Made by a program: the position numbers and the translations under genes
Shown: positions 26,887 to 37,363 of the stretch, one piece after another
Layout: every line of letters starts with the position of its first letter
How positions within the stretch are numbered: position 1 is the stretch's first letter
Notes under the pieces: model-generated
Told to the model about the DNA's origin: nothing
The model's input: only the letters and a program-made list of their open reading frames with translations
Databases searched by the model: none
Assembly: GCA_016182085.1 (NCBI GenBank)
Contig: JACOYB010000004.1
Span: 147,923-211,922, forward strand
DNA length: 64,000 nucleotides
Direction of reading: 5' to 3'
From: Candidatus Magasanikiibacteriota bacterium
Lineage (GTDB): Bacteria; Patescibacteriota; Patescibacteriia; Magasanikbacterales; GWA2-37-8

Positions 26887-26992
26887 GGATTTCCGCCTTA
26901 GGTTGAAGTTGAGTTGACACTACCATTTTTGACTAAAAAAGTCAATGCTCAACACAGGTTTATTAAAAAATTTAATAGGCATAATTTCAAAT

Positions 26993-29491
26993 ATGGAAGA
27001 TAAAATTATCATAAAAAAAGCCAGGGTACATAATCTTAAAAATGTATCTCTAGAAATTCCTAAAAATAAAATGACGGTTTTTACCGGCGTATCCGGCAGC
27101 GGCAAATCGTCGCTCGCTTTTGATACCATTTTTGCCGAAGGTCAACGCAGATATATAGAATCTTTGTCGCCATACGCTCGCCAGTTCTTGGGTCAAATGG
27201 AACGGGCGGACGTAGATGAAATCACCGGTTTGTCTCCGGCTATTGCTATTGGCCAAAAAGCCTTGAGCCATAATCCAAGATCTATTGTAGGCACTCTTAC
27301 AGAAATTTATGACTATTTGCGTGTGCTCTATGCCAGACTTGGAGAAGTTTTTTGTCCAAAATGCGGTCTTAAGATTGAAAAACTTTCTCCGGAAGAAATG
27401 ATTGATATTATAATTGGCATGGCCGGAGAATTGAAAGAAAAATCTGTAACGATTTTATCGCCAGTAGTGCGCGGCCGCAAAGGGGAGTATTATCAAATGC
27501 TTTATGATTTTTTAAACGAAGGTTTTGATCGGGCGCGCGTAGATGGCAAGGTCCATTCTTTGCACGACCGTATAGAGCTCTCTCGTACCAAAGTTCACAA
27601 TATAGATATTGTGATTGACAGAGTAATGATAAGCGATGAAAGCCGTTTGTTTGAAGCGGTGGAGAGTGCGCTGCAGCACAGCAAAGGATTAGTAACAGTT
27701 TTGTTTGGCGAAAATACCAAAAATCCAACTGAAAGATTATTGTCTAGTCATTGGTCTTGCCCGGCCGATGGGTTTTCTTTTCCGGAAATTGAACCAAGAC
27801 TATTTTCTTTCAACAGCCCAGCCGGTGCTTGTGTGACCTGTGGGGGTTTAGGAAAATCCGATGTGTTTACCAAAGAAATTTGTCCGGATTGCGAAGGCAA
27901 AAGATTGAAACCGGAAGCCTTGTCTGTACGGATTAAAAATAAAAATATTTATGAAGTTTCTTCTCTAACTATAGAAGATTGTCATGGATTTTTTAAAGAT
28001 TACGGCAAAAAATTAAATGAACGTCAGCATCTGATCGCGCATAATGTGATAAAAGAAATAAATGACCGATTAACATTTTTGTTAGAAGTAGGATTGGATT
28101 ATATTACTCTAACCCGAGAGGCGCATACTTTGTCTGGCGGTGAAGCGCAGCGTATTCGGCTGGCTTCACAGATCGGTTCACATTTATCTAATACGTTGTA
28201 TGTTTTGGATGAGCCTACAATTGGCTTGCATGAACGAGATACAGAAAAATTGGTGAAGACATTAAAGGCTTTGCGCGATGAAAATAATACAGTAATTATT
28301 GTAGAGCATGATGAACGTACTATAAAAGACTCTGATTATTTAGTAGATATCGGCCCAATGGCGGGCGAGCTGGGTGGGGAGGTAGTTTATAGCGGGCCAA
28401 CAGCAGGCATTAAAAAAGAAAAAAATAAATCTTTGACCTTAAAATATCTTACAGAAGAAGTAAAAATAGCAGTACCCAAAAAACGCCGTTGGAAAGAAAC
28501 AGAAGAAATTTCTATCGTGGGAGCGCGTGCCAACAATTTAAAAAATGTTAGTGTAAAAATTCCTTTGCGTAAATTTGTTTGTATTTCCGGAGTATCTGGT
28601 GGCGGCAAATCTTCGCTTTTGTACGATGTGCTCTACGAAAATGTAGCTCGTATAAAAAGCCGGTTCAAAAAATTAGAAAATGTAACTAGTATTACCGGTA
28701 CAGAATACATAGACAAAGCGGTGATTGTAGATCAAGCCCCAATTGGGCGCACTCCGCGCTCTAACCCAGCCACATATACTGGTATTTTTACACCTATTCG
28801 TGATTTTTATACCAGTTTGGAAGAAGCTCGGGTAAGAGGTTATACTCATTCCAGATTTTCTTTTAATGTGCCTGGTGGAAGATGTGAATCTTGCCAAGGA
28901 GCAGGGTTTAACACTATTGAAATGCACTTTATGCCAGAGGTAGAAGTTCCTTGTGAAGTTTGCCATGGAAAAAGATTTAGCCGCGAAACCTTGCAAGTAA
29001 AACATAAGAATAAAAATATTAGCGATGTGCTAGAGATGACCGTAAATGAGGCAGTGAAATTTTTTGAACATATTTATCAAATTACTGACAAATTAAAAGT
29101 GCTGCAAGAAGTAGGTTTGGGTTATTTGCGTTTGGGACAAAGCGCTACCACACTCTCTGGCGGAGAAGCGCAGCGTATAAAATTGGCTCGAGAACTAGCA
29201 GCGCCCTTGGGCAAGAAAAATTTATATTTGTTGGATGAACCAACGGTTGGTTTGCATTATCATGATATTGAAATGTTGCTCGCAGTTCTAAATAAATTGG
29301 TAGATAAAGGGAATTCAATAGTGGTAATTGAGCATAACTTGCATATTATAAAATGCGCCGATTATATTATAGATATGGGGCCAGAAGGCGGCGCTAAAGG
29401 CGGTATGGTTGTAGCCAAAGGCACGCCGGAGGAAGTTGGAGATAACCCACATTCGTATACGGGCATGTACCTGAGACCGTATTTGGATTGA
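26993..29491 (+). CDS. uvrA: Excinuclease ABC subunit A (insertion domain missing)
   Basis: Two ABC domains (GVSGSGKSS, LSGGEAQRI, LDEPT, twice); Zn fingers; ATG at 26993. Confidence 0.97.
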   Translation: MEDKIIIKKARVHNLKNVSLEIPKNKMTVFTGVSGSGKSSLAFDTIFAEGQRRYIESLSPYARQFLGQMERADVDEITGLSPAIAIGQKALSHNPRSIVGTLTEIYDYLRVLYARLGEVFCPKCGLKIEKLSPEEMIDIIIGMAGELKEKSVTILSPVVRGRKGEYYQMLYDFLNEGFDRARVDGKVHSLHDRIELSRTKVHNIDIVIDRVMISDESRLFEAVESALQHSKGLVTVLFGENTKNPTERLLSSHWSCPADGFSFPEIEPRLFSFNSPAGACVTCGGLGKSDVFTKEICPDCEGKRLKPEALSVRIKNKNIYEVSSLTIEDCHGFFKDYGKKLNERQHLIAHNVIKEINDRLTFLLEVGLDYITLTREAHTLSGGEAQRIRLASQIGSHLSNTLYVLDEPTIGLHERDTEKLVKTLKALRDENNTVIIVEHDERTIKDSDYLVDIGPMAGELGGEVVYSGPTAGIKKEKNKSLTLKYLTEEVKIAVPKKRRWKETEEISIVGARANNLKNVSVKIPLRKFVCISGVSGGGKSSLLYDVLYENVARIKSRFKKLENVTSITGTEYIDKAVIVDQAPIGRTPRSNPATYTGIFTPIRDFYTSLEEARVRGYTHSRFSFNVPGGRCESCQGAGFNTIEMHFMPEVEVPCEVCHGKRFSRETLQVKHKNKNISDVLEMTVNEAVKFFEHIYQITDKLKVLQEVGLGYLRLGQSATTLSGGEAQRIKLARELAAPLGKKNLYLLDEPTVGLHYHDIEMLLAVLNKLVDKGNSIVVIEHNLHIIKCADYIIDMGPEGGAKGGMVVAKGTPEEVGDNPHSYTGMYLRPYLD

Positions 29492-29638
29492 TTTAATTTT
29501 TTATATTTAAGACAGGAATTCAAGGGGTTTTTAGGTTGACAAAAACCCTGTTTTTTGTTATTAGTAAAGTTAACAAAAAGGCAAAGTATCATAGGCATTT
29601 TGCCAAAGGTATTAGCCCAAAATTTGAGGAGGGGAATC

Positions 29639-30214
29639 ATGCTTCCTGCCGTAGATCGTATTGTGGATCGTTTGCTTGGATCAGACAACCAGGTACCGCC
29701 ATTGCGTCAAGTGAGTTCGACCGTACCGCGCAAGGTAATGGTTGTTCTGGATGTTAATTTGGAACAGTGGATTGAAGTGGCGAAAGAGCGGGGCGCTTAC
29801 CAGAAAGTACATATTGGCACATCGGGCATTCCTCGTCCGCCATGGCATCCCGATAACATTCCTGTGGCCAGGTTTTCAATGCCAGATCCGTCCAGCGCGT
29901 GGTCGGTGGTGCGCGCCGTGTCCTTCAATCAGCGGGTTAGTATGGATGAAGTGAAGGGGTTTATTCGCTTTACCCATCTTGAGCTATTTACTACTCCCGA
30001 ATATTATTCCGATACGGCCAGCGCTTTTGAGCATATTGCGTTGGACATACAGTATCCGGAAGTGACAGACGGGCTCAGCATTATTTCGTTTGATAAAGAG
30101 AGTTGCTCGCCCCGTCTGGTGTCTTGCGGTCCGACCGGAAATCGTGAGCTCTTCGTGGGGCCGTTCATTCCCAACATGCTGCGGTCAGAAAATACGCATT
30201 GGCTGTTGCGATAG
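29639..30214 (+). CDS. Orphan islet protein (hypothetical)
   Basis: ATG 29639 after GAGGAGG; GC-richer; TTGACA at 29536; terminator-like hairpin at about 30233-30290. Confidence 0.6.
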   Translation: MLPAVDRIVDRLLGSDNQVPPLRQVSSTVPRKVMVVLDVNLEQWIEVAKERGAYQKVHIGTSGIPRPPWHPDNIPVARFSMPDPSSAWSVVRAVSFNQRVSMDEVKGFIRFTHLELFTTPEYYSDTASAFEHIALDIQYPEVTDGLSIISFDKESCSPRLVSCGPTGNRELFVGPFIPNMLRSENTHWLLR

Positions 30215-30362
30215 CTGGAGCGTTCTTTAAGTAGGGACCCTCGCTTATCCTACCTGTAATAGGGGTAGTGACCGCGGGGTCCTGTTTGTTTTTATAAACA
30301 TTTGTTATACTAAAAATCAGAATAATTTAAATATTTATTATTTAATTCACTCACTTCATATT

Positions 30363-31223
30363 ATGAAAATTTTTTTTACAGTTTTTCTCGTACTGCTCAT
30401 AATAGGTTTGACCTCTCTGTTTAGTTGGTATTATTTCGGCAGGCCATCCAATTTACCAATTACTACGGACAATATTCTAACTTCTACTCCAATGGTAGAA
30501 AATAAAAAGGGATTAGTTCTAGATAATCTAAAAGAAAACGACACGATTGCCTCGCCATTTAAAATTACCGGCTATACAAATGGAGAAGGGTGGGGAGGAT
30601 TTGAAGGACAAGTGGGCAACGTTAGTTTATATGATATAAATAATAACCTGTTGGATTTTAAGCCGCTTACGGCGGTCACTGACTGGATGACATCTACGGT
30701 ATATTTTGAAGCCAATTTGGAATATACAACGAGCGACGAGCGAGGATGGGTGGTATTTAAAAATGAAAATCCAAGCGGTGATCCGGCCAGAGATAAAGAA
30801 ATTGATATTCCGGTAAAATTAGTGCCTACCGATGAAATTATGAAAGTGCAGGCATATTTTGGTAATAGCAATTTGGATCCGGAAGTAACTTGTGAAAAGG
30901 TTTTTCCGTTAGCCCGCGTCGTGCCCAAAACCATAGCTGTGGCCAGAGTTGCTCTGGAGGAGCTTTTAAAGGGGGTGTCTTTTGAAGAAGCTAATTCCGG
31001 TTATCAAACTAGTATCAATTCCGGCGTGCAAATTAATAGTTTAAGCATTGAAAACGGTGTGGCCAAAGTTGATTTTAGCGCGGAGCTCCAGAATGGAGTG
31101 GCCGGAGCTTGTAAAGTAAACATGATTCGTTTGCAGATAGAGCAAACACTTAAACAATTTTCTACCGTAAACAGCGTGGTAATTTCCATAAATGGTAATA
31201 CCGAAGATATTCTGCAACCATGA
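30363..31223 (+). CDS. Membrane-anchored Gmad2 Ig-like + GerMN domain protein
   Basis: N-terminal TM; SPFKITG..W.GFEG..ENPSG; ALEELLKG..AKVDFS..QIEQTLKQFSTVNSVVISING. Confidence 0.8.
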   Translation: MKIFFTVFLVLLIIGLTSLFSWYYFGRPSNLPITTDNILTSTPMVENKKGLVLDNLKENDTIASPFKITGYTNGEGWGGFEGQVGNVSLYDINNNLLDFKPLTAVTDWMTSTVYFEANLEYTTSDERGWVVFKNENPSGDPARDKEIDIPVKLVPTDEIMKVQAYFGNSNLDPEVTCEKVFPLARVVPKTIAVARVALEELLKGVSFEEANSGYQTSINSGVQINSLSIENGVAKVDFSAELQNGVAGACKVNMIRLQIEQTLKQFSTVNSVVISINGNTEDILQP

Positions 31224-32377
31224 GCTTAAAAGATACAGTTAAACAATTTCCTTTAACCCCCGGGGTTTATATTTGGCGGGATAAAAATAACAAACCCCTG
31301 TATGTTGGCCGAGCCACATCTCTTCGTCGGCGTGTTTTGCAATACTTTAGAAACGATATAGATCCGCGCATCGGTGAAATGGTGTCGCTGGCGCGTACGG
31401 TGGAATATCGCTGCACCGATACGGTTTTGGAATCAGTTATACTTGAGGCCAACATGATTAAAGAATACTGGCCAAAGTATAATATAGAAGAAAAAGATGA
31501 CAAATCTTTTATTTTTTTGGTTATTCCCAAAACCGATTTTCCCAAACCAATTATGGTGCGGGGCAGGGAATTGCAGAATTTTCCAGTTCCAGCAGACAGG
31601 GTATTTGGCCCATACCAAAGCTACACAGCTTTAAAAACAGTTCTAAAAATCGTACGTCGAATTTTTCCGTATAGTACTTGCAAGCCCACCGGCAAGCCTT
31701 GTTTTGATTATCAGATCGGGTTATGTCCGGGTGTGTGCGTGGGTGCGATAAGTAAAAAAGATTACCAAAAAAATATCAGTAATTTATTATTGCTGTTTAG
31801 GGGGGAGAGTAAAAAATTGTTAAAGAAGCTCTCCAAAGAAAATCCCGAGGCCGCGATACATTTAAAACATATTCAGGATGTTACGCTTATTTCCCGCGAA
31901 GATTTGGATGTGAGCGGGCATTTTAACAGGATTGAAGGATACGACATATCCCATTTTGCCGGCAAAGAAGTATATGGTTCAATGGTCGTGTTTACCAGTG
32001 GTCAGCCGGACAAAAGCCAGTATAGATTGTTTAAGATAAAGACCGTTACCAATAATGATTTGGACGCGCTAAAAGAAATGTTGGAACGAAGGCTCAAGCA
32101 TACGGAATGGCCAAAACCGGATTTGATTTTAATTGACGGGGGTAAGCCGCAGATAGATTATTTAAACAAGACAATGCAAGAGTTTCAGGTAAAATGTTTG
32201 TGGCTTGGACTATCCAAATTAAACGGTGATCATTTGGTATTTCCGGCAGGAACAAAAAATGTATTCAAGGATTTGGCAGAGAGTATAAAGAGAACATTGC
32301 AGCAGGTGCGGGACGAAGCGCATCGGTTTGCCAATCGCGGCCGCAGCCGCAGATATTTTAAAGATAATTTAAAGTAG
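31220..32377 (+). CDS. uvrC: Short UvrC (GIY-YIG + Cys-rich + RNase H-like domain)
   Basis: PGVY..LYVGRA..LRRRV, E.NMIK..PKYN, CFDYQIGLCPGVC, RIEGYDISH, PDLILIDGGKPQ, VRDEAHRFA. Confidence 0.88.
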   Translation: MSLKDTVKQFPLTPGVYIWRDKNNKPLYVGRATSLRRRVLQYFRNDIDPRIGEMVSLARTVEYRCTDTVLESVILEANMIKEYWPKYNIEEKDDKSFIFLVIPKTDFPKPIMVRGRELQNFPVPADRVFGPYQSYTALKTVLKIVRRIFPYSTCKPTGKPCFDYQIGLCPGVCVGAISKKDYQKNISNLLLLFRGESKKLLKKLSKENPEAAIHLKHIQDVTLISREDLDVSGHFNRIEGYDISHFAGKEVYGSMVVFTSGQPDKSQYRLFKIKTVTNNDLDALKEMLERRLKHTEWPKPDLILIDGGKPQIDYLNKTMQEFQVKCLWLGLSKLNGDHLVFPAGTKNVFKDLAESIKRTLQQVRDEAHRFANRGRSRRYFKDNLK

Positions 32378-32619
32378 CAGGCTGACAGGTTGGCGGTCTG
32401 GAGAAAATTCTAGTATTATAAGTAGATAATATTTTGTTCTTTCTAACGCTTGACTGAAACACTATATTTTGCTACTAATTACTTTGAGTATTTTGGACTT
32501 GGAATTTAAGAGTATCTGAATTAGATATTTTAAAATTCCAAGCCCATGTCAACGAGTCCGCCGGTTGACACCTCAGGCTGAGGTTTCTGCGGATTGTTCC
32601 AAAATTGCGGGGGTTTGCA

Positions 32620-32949
32620 ATGAAGAACGGATCCAGGACTCGCGGTCAGGCTGGTAAGTTGCGCGCGGGTATGGGAGCTTTGCTCCGAGATACCAAGAAG
32701 TACCTTCCCGGATACGAGGATCTTCACCAGGCGCTTGCCTGCAACAACATCAAACGGGCGCGAGAACTTCTTGATGCGCTCAGGGCAGTAGGGAGTGGAG
32801 CTGCGCTCTATTTGCCAAAAGAACGAAACGGCGTACCAGCGCCGCAACTTGTAACCACAAGGAGTAGGCTGCTGGCCCGACTGACTCAGGCTCGCGTAGC
32901 TAATGGTCTATACCTACGGCTACAGAGCCAGGGTCAGGATAAATGGTGA
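32620..32949 (+). CDS. Small basic orphan islet protein
   Basis: ATG 32620 after a G-run; GC-richer; followed by a hairpin at about 32963-32999. Confidence 0.45.
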   Translation: MKNGSRTRGQAGKLRAGMGALLRDTKKYLPGYEDLHQALACNNIKRARELLDALRAVGSGAALYLPKERNGVPAPQLVTTRSRLLARLTQARVANGLYLRLQSQGQDKW

Positions 32950-33003
32950 TTTTTGGCAGTATTTGAGGGAACGGTAGGGGGTACGCCGTTCCCGCCTCAT
33001 GAC

Positions 33004-33032
33004 TTGACAAAATAATGCCTGTTTAGTATAAT
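33004..33032 (+). promoter_or_regulatory. Consensus sigma70 promoter of rpsA
   Basis: Perfect TTGACA-N17-TATAAT. Confidence 0.85.
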
Positions 33033-33203
33033 TTAGTTAATAAAATTTAACGTAAGCCCTCCCAATTTAGAGGCGGGCACCTATGCCGATTTAATTGGCA
33101 GGGATAAAAAGGTTTTTTTGTTTATATGGGCTAAAGCCCATATATACTCATTCGTTCGCAATAAGTTAAATACATTTAACTTATTGACTCACTCATTTCG
33201 AAT

Positions 33204-34349
33204 ATGGAAGATTTTAAAACGCTTCTGCAATCTCACCCGCTTACCATCCCTAAAGAAGGGGATGTAGTTAAGTGTAAAATTATCTCTATTGATAAAGGCG
33301 AGGTGCATGTAGATATTGAAGGTTTAACCGTTGGCGTGGTGCGCGGACGTGAATTGTTTGCTGAATCCAAAGAATATACCAATTTAAAAGTGGGCGACGA
33401 AGTGGAGGCCACTGTGTTGGATTTAGAAAATGAAAATGGTGAAATGGAATTATCATTCCGCATTGCCGGTTACCAACGCGCTTGGAACAATGTTAAAAAA
33501 TGGATGCAAGACAATATTACCATCAAAGCCAAAGTTTTGGCTGCCAACAAAGGCGGCCTCATAATGCAAGTTGAAGGCTTGGGTGGTTTTATGCCGGTAT
33601 CACAACTTAATCCGGATCATTACCCAAGAGTAATGGGCGGCGACAAAAACCGCATCTTGGAAAAATTGCGTGAACTGATGAACAAAGAATTGGAAGTTAA
33701 AGTAATTGATGTTAATGAAAAAGAAGAAAAGTTGATTGTTTCCGAAAAAGCTGTTTGGGAAGATTCTCAAAAAGCCGTACTGGAATCATATAAAGTGGGC
33801 GATACCATAGAAGGAGAAATCAGCGCCCTCACTTCTTTTGGCGCGTTTGTAAAGTTTGGTCAGGATTTAGAAGGGCTAGTGCATATTTCCGAAATCGCTT
33901 GGCAGCGCATTGATCACCCGAAAGATATTTTAAAAGTTGGAGATCAAGTAAAAGCCCAAATCATCCAACTAGACAGATCCAAAATTTATTTATCCATTAA
34001 ACGTTTGGTAGATGATCCGTGGAAATCTGTAAAAGATAAATATAAAGTGGGCGATAAGGTAAGCGGTAAGATTTTAAAGATTGAACCGTTTGGTCTTATG
34101 GTTGCTTTGGATAAAGATATTCACGGTTTGGCTCATATTTCCGAATTGGCCGACGAAGGCATTAGCAACTTGGCCGACAAGTTTAAAGTTGGCCAGAACA
34201 CTGACTTTGAAATTGTTTCCCTAGAACCGCCGGAACACCGCTTGGGCTTAAGACTTTACGGAGTAAAGGGTAAAGCAAAGAAGGCTGAAGAGAAAAAGGA
34301 AGAGAAGAAAGAAAAAAAGTCAGAAACTGAAGCTGATAAAAAAGAATAA
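33204..34349 (+). CDS. rpsA: 30S ribosomal protein S1 (four S1 domains)
   Basis: Repeated S1 motifs ANKGGL..GFMPVSQL, FGAFV..EGLVHISEI, IHGLAHISEL; Lys/Glu tail. Confidence 0.92.
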   Translation: MEDFKTLLQSHPLTIPKEGDVVKCKIISIDKGEVHVDIEGLTVGVVRGRELFAESKEYTNLKVGDEVEATVLDLENENGEMELSFRIAGYQRAWNNVKKWMQDNITIKAKVLAANKGGLIMQVEGLGGFMPVSQLNPDHYPRVMGGDKNRILEKLRELMNKELEVKVIDVNEKEEKLIVSEKAVWEDSQKAVLESYKVGDTIEGEISALTSFGAFVKFGQDLEGLVHISEIAWQRIDHPKDILKVGDQVKAQIIQLDRSKIYLSIKRLVDDPWKSVKDKYKVGDKVSGKILKIEPFGLMVALDKDIHGLAHISELADEGISNLADKFKVGQNTDFEIVSLEPPEHRLGLRLYGVKGKAKKAEEKKEEKKEKKSETEADKKE

Positions 34350-34455
34350 TCTAAGAGGGCAGACTTGAAAAAGTCTGCTTTTTTGGCTAATTTTAGAGCT
34401 TGATTTTTTTATTAAAACAGAGTAAAATTCCTTAATAATTTTGATCTATAAATAT

Positions 34456-36288
34456 ATGCGAAACTTCTTAAAAAATTTCATTTTTGTATTCGTCTTTTTG
34501 TTTTTGGTAGCCGCGGTTTTGGGTTATGTGAGAAGTGAAAAAAATAAAGGCCCAGAGGTGGTAAGTATTACTAAAATGGTAGAGGAAATTAACGCCGGTC
34601 AGGTAAAAACGGTAATTATAAAAGGCGATACCTTGAGTTTGCAGCTGAAAGATGAAAAAGCCAAGTTGCAGGAAGTGCAAAAAGAGCAAAATGGCACTTT
34701 TGGCGAGATTGTAAAAAATTACGGAGTCTCCAGTTCGTCTTTGGCGCAATTATCCGTAGAAGTAAAAACCGATAGTTCCTGGAAATTCTGGGTGGGTAAT
34801 TTGTTGCCGGTATTATTGCCACTTATTATTTTTGTTCTGTTCTTCTATTTCATGACTCGCGGCGTGCAGGGTATGAACAATAAGGCTATGGGTTTTGGCC
34901 AAAGCAATCCTCGCCAAACTAATCCGGACGATAAAAATAAAAAGACCTTTACGGATGTAGCTGGAGCCAAAGAAGCAAAACAAGAACTTGTAGAAGTTGT
35001 AGATTTTTTGAAGGATCCGAAAAAATTCGCGGATATGGGCGCGAAAATTCCTAAAGGCGTACTTTTGGTCGGCAGCCCGGGTACGGGTAAAACCTTGCTT
35101 GCCAAAGCGGTGGCTGGAGAAGCCAATGTGCCATTTTTCAATATGTCCGGCTCGGAATTTGTGGAAATGTTTGTGGGTGTGGGCGCTTCACGTGTGCGCG
35201 ACTTATTTAGCAAAGCAAAAAAAGAAGCTCCTGCAATTGTATTTATAGATGAAATAGACGCAGTCGGACGCCGCCGCGGCGCGGGGCTTGGCGGAGGCCA
35301 TGATGAAAGAGAGCAAACCCTTAATCAAATTCTGGTAGAAATGGATGGGTTTGAGCCGAATTTGGGGGTAATTGTAGTTGCGGCCACCAACCGTCCGGAT
35401 GTGCTTGATCCGGCGCTTCTACGACCCGGACGTTTTGACAGACGCGTAACTCTGGATTTACCGGATATCAAAGACCGTGAAGAAATTTTAGGCATTCATG
35501 CCAAAAATAAACCGCTTGAAGCCGAAGTGTCGCTGCGAAAAATAGCTGAACGAACACCAGGATTTTCAGGAGCGGATTTGGCCAACCTGCTTAACGAAGC
35601 TGCGATTTTAGCTGTACGTCGAGGTAAGAAAAAAGTCAGCGAGATTGATATTTTAGAAAGTATTGAAAAAGTTTTACTCGGCCCGGAAAGAAAAAACAGA
35701 ATTATTAGCGACCAGGAGAAAAAAATGACTGCTTATCATGAGGCTGGGCATGCCATCGTAGGGCATTATATGGCACATGGCGATCCCGTACGAAAGGTGT
35801 CTGTAATTTCTCGCGGACAAGCTGGCGGGTATACCTTAAAGATGCCGACCGAAGACAAACATTATCATACCTTGGCGCAGTTTAAAGATGAGCTCGCTAT
35901 GATGTTGGGTGGTTATGTTGTAGAAAAAGCAATTTTTGGCGATAACATGCTTTCTACCGGCCCATCTTCTGATTTAGTAAATGCCACAAAAGTTGCTCAT
36001 GATATGGTGGTGCGATATGGGATGAGTACAATGGGTCCTCGAACCTTTGGTGATCATCAGGAAATGGTATTTTTAGGCAGGGAAATCACCGAACAGCGGG
36101 ATTATAGCGAAAAAACTGCCGAAGCCATAGATAGAGAAGTAAGCGGATTTTTGGCTGAAGCCGAAAAAAGAGCCAAGGAAGTCATAGATAATCGTAGTCC
36201 CCAATTAGAAGCCATGGTTAAGGAATTAATGGAAAAAGAAACTTTAGAGCAAGAAGATGTAGAGAGAATTTTGGGGCCAAGACAATAA
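34456..36288 (+). CDS. ftsH: ATP-dependent zinc metalloprotease FtsH
   Basis: Two TMs; [35 protein letters not shown]. Confidence 0.97.
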   Translation: MRNFLKNFIFVFVFLFLVAAVLGYVRSEKNKGPEVVSITKMVEEINAGQVKTVIIKGDTLSLQLKDEKAKLQEVQKEQNGTFGEIVKNYGVSSSSLAQLSVEVKTDSSWKFWVGNLLPVLLPLIIFVLFFYFMTRGVQGMNNKAMGFGQSNPRQTNPDDKNKKTFTDVAGAKEAKQELVEVVDFLKDPKKFADMGAKIPKGVLLVGSPGTGKTLLAKAVAGEANVPFFNMSGSEFVEMFVGVGASRVRDLFSKAKKEAPAIVFIDEIDAVGRRRGAGLGGGHDEREQTLNQILVEMDGFEPNLGVIVVAATNRPDVLDPALLRPGRFDRRVTLDLPDIKDREEILGIHAKNKPLEAEVSLRKIAERTPGFSGADLANLLNEAAILAVRRGKKKVSEIDILESIEKVLLGPERKNRIISDQEKKMTAYHEAGHAIVGHYMAHGDPVRKVSVISRGQAGGYTLKMPTEDKHYHTLAQFKDELAMMLGGYVVEKAIFGDNMLSTGPSSDLVNATKVAHDMVVRYGMSTMGPRTFGDHQEMVFLGREITEQRDYSEKTAEAIDREVSGFLAEAEKRAKEVIDNRSPQLEAMVKELMEKETLEQEDVERILGPRQ

Positions 36289-36302
36289 AATTATAAAATT
36301 TA

Positions 36303-36343
36303 AAACAAAAACCCGATCGCTCAGTGCGGTCGGGTTTTTGTTT
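36303..36343 (+). terminator. Terminator after ftsH
   Basis: AAACAAAAACCCGATCGC-tcagt-GCGGTCGGGTTTTTGTTT. Confidence 0.8.
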
Positions 36344-36397
36344 GTGCTTTCAGTTATGGTATAATGTAAATAGTTGTTTTTATATTTTTCAATTTGT

Positions 36398-37363
36398 ATG
36401 AAAGAGCCATCATATCGCCAAACATTAGGCCACGCCTGGCAGGTAGTTTGGGAAAATAAAATTTTATGGATACTGGGACTTCTATCTGTTTTTTTGGGGC
36501 AGATCGGCTTCAGTGATACGTTTGGCAGGATTTGGTCAATGTTTGATACGACTCTTACGGGCCAAGGATTTTCACTAAGACCGCTGCTTATTTTTGAGCT
36601 CACGGGCAGCTTCTGGAATATTTTTGGCCTGGCCTGGCTTATGGTAATTTGCATATCAGTATTTGCGCTATTGATTTTTTTGGCAGTTGCTTCGCAGGGT
36701 TCGCTTATTACATATGTGGCTGAGTGGTTTAAAACCGGTAAGCACCAAATTTTGGCCAAGTCTTGGCGCAACAGCGTAAAACATTTTTGGAGCGTGCTGC
36801 TGGTAAATATAGTTAGGCAAGCCTTAATGTTCTTACTGCTTGTTGCTTTTGCTTATACCGCTAACTATTTTTTTAATTCAGGTAATTTGGCGCAAGGGTT
36901 TCTGTTTGCTCTGGGCGCGGTTTTACTTTTGTTTTTTTCTTTGGTTTTTTCGGCTTTGTGCGTATATACTTTATGTTATGTGTTGCTAGATGGAAAGGGA
37001 GTGGTAAAATCTGTTAAAAAAGCCTGGATGTTATTTTCAGAACATTTACTTGTATCTTTGGAAATAGGAGTTCTCTTAATGTTATTAAATTTTTTGTTGA
37101 TCCTGGCAATTGTAATCGGATCATTCTTTGCTTTCTTACCGGCCGCGCTTATCTGGATAGTGGGTGGTATTACCAATTTGGCGGTTTTAGGCGCGGTAGG
37201 TTTGGTGATCGGTATATTTTTACTGCTATTATTTATCGTTTTTTCAGCTGGTTTTTTCAATGCCTTCACTATCAGTGCCTGGGTATTTTTATTTATGAGA
37301 ATGCACAAAGAAGGGCTTTCCAGCCGGTCTATTCATTTTTTTAAATACTTATTTTCCAGGTAG
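36398..37363 (+). CDS. Multi-pass membrane protein (hypothetical)
   Basis: Six or more hydrophobic helices; likely start MKEPSY. Confidence 0.75.
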   Translation: MKEPSYRQTLGHAWQVVWENKILWILGLLSVFLGQIGFSDTFGRIWSMFDTTLTGQGFSLRPLLIFELTGSFWNIFGLAWLMVICISVFALLIFLAVASQGSLITYVAEWFKTGKHQILAKSWRNSVKHFWSVLLVNIVRQALMFLLLVAFAYTANYFFNSGNLAQGFLFALGAVLLLFFSLVFSALCVYTLCYVLLDGKGVVKSVKKAWMLFSEHLLVSLEIGVLLMLLNFLLILAIVIGSFFAFLPAALIWIVGGITNLAVLGAVGLVIGIFLLLLFIVFSAGFFNAFTISAWVFLFMRMHKEGLSSRSIHFFKYLFSR

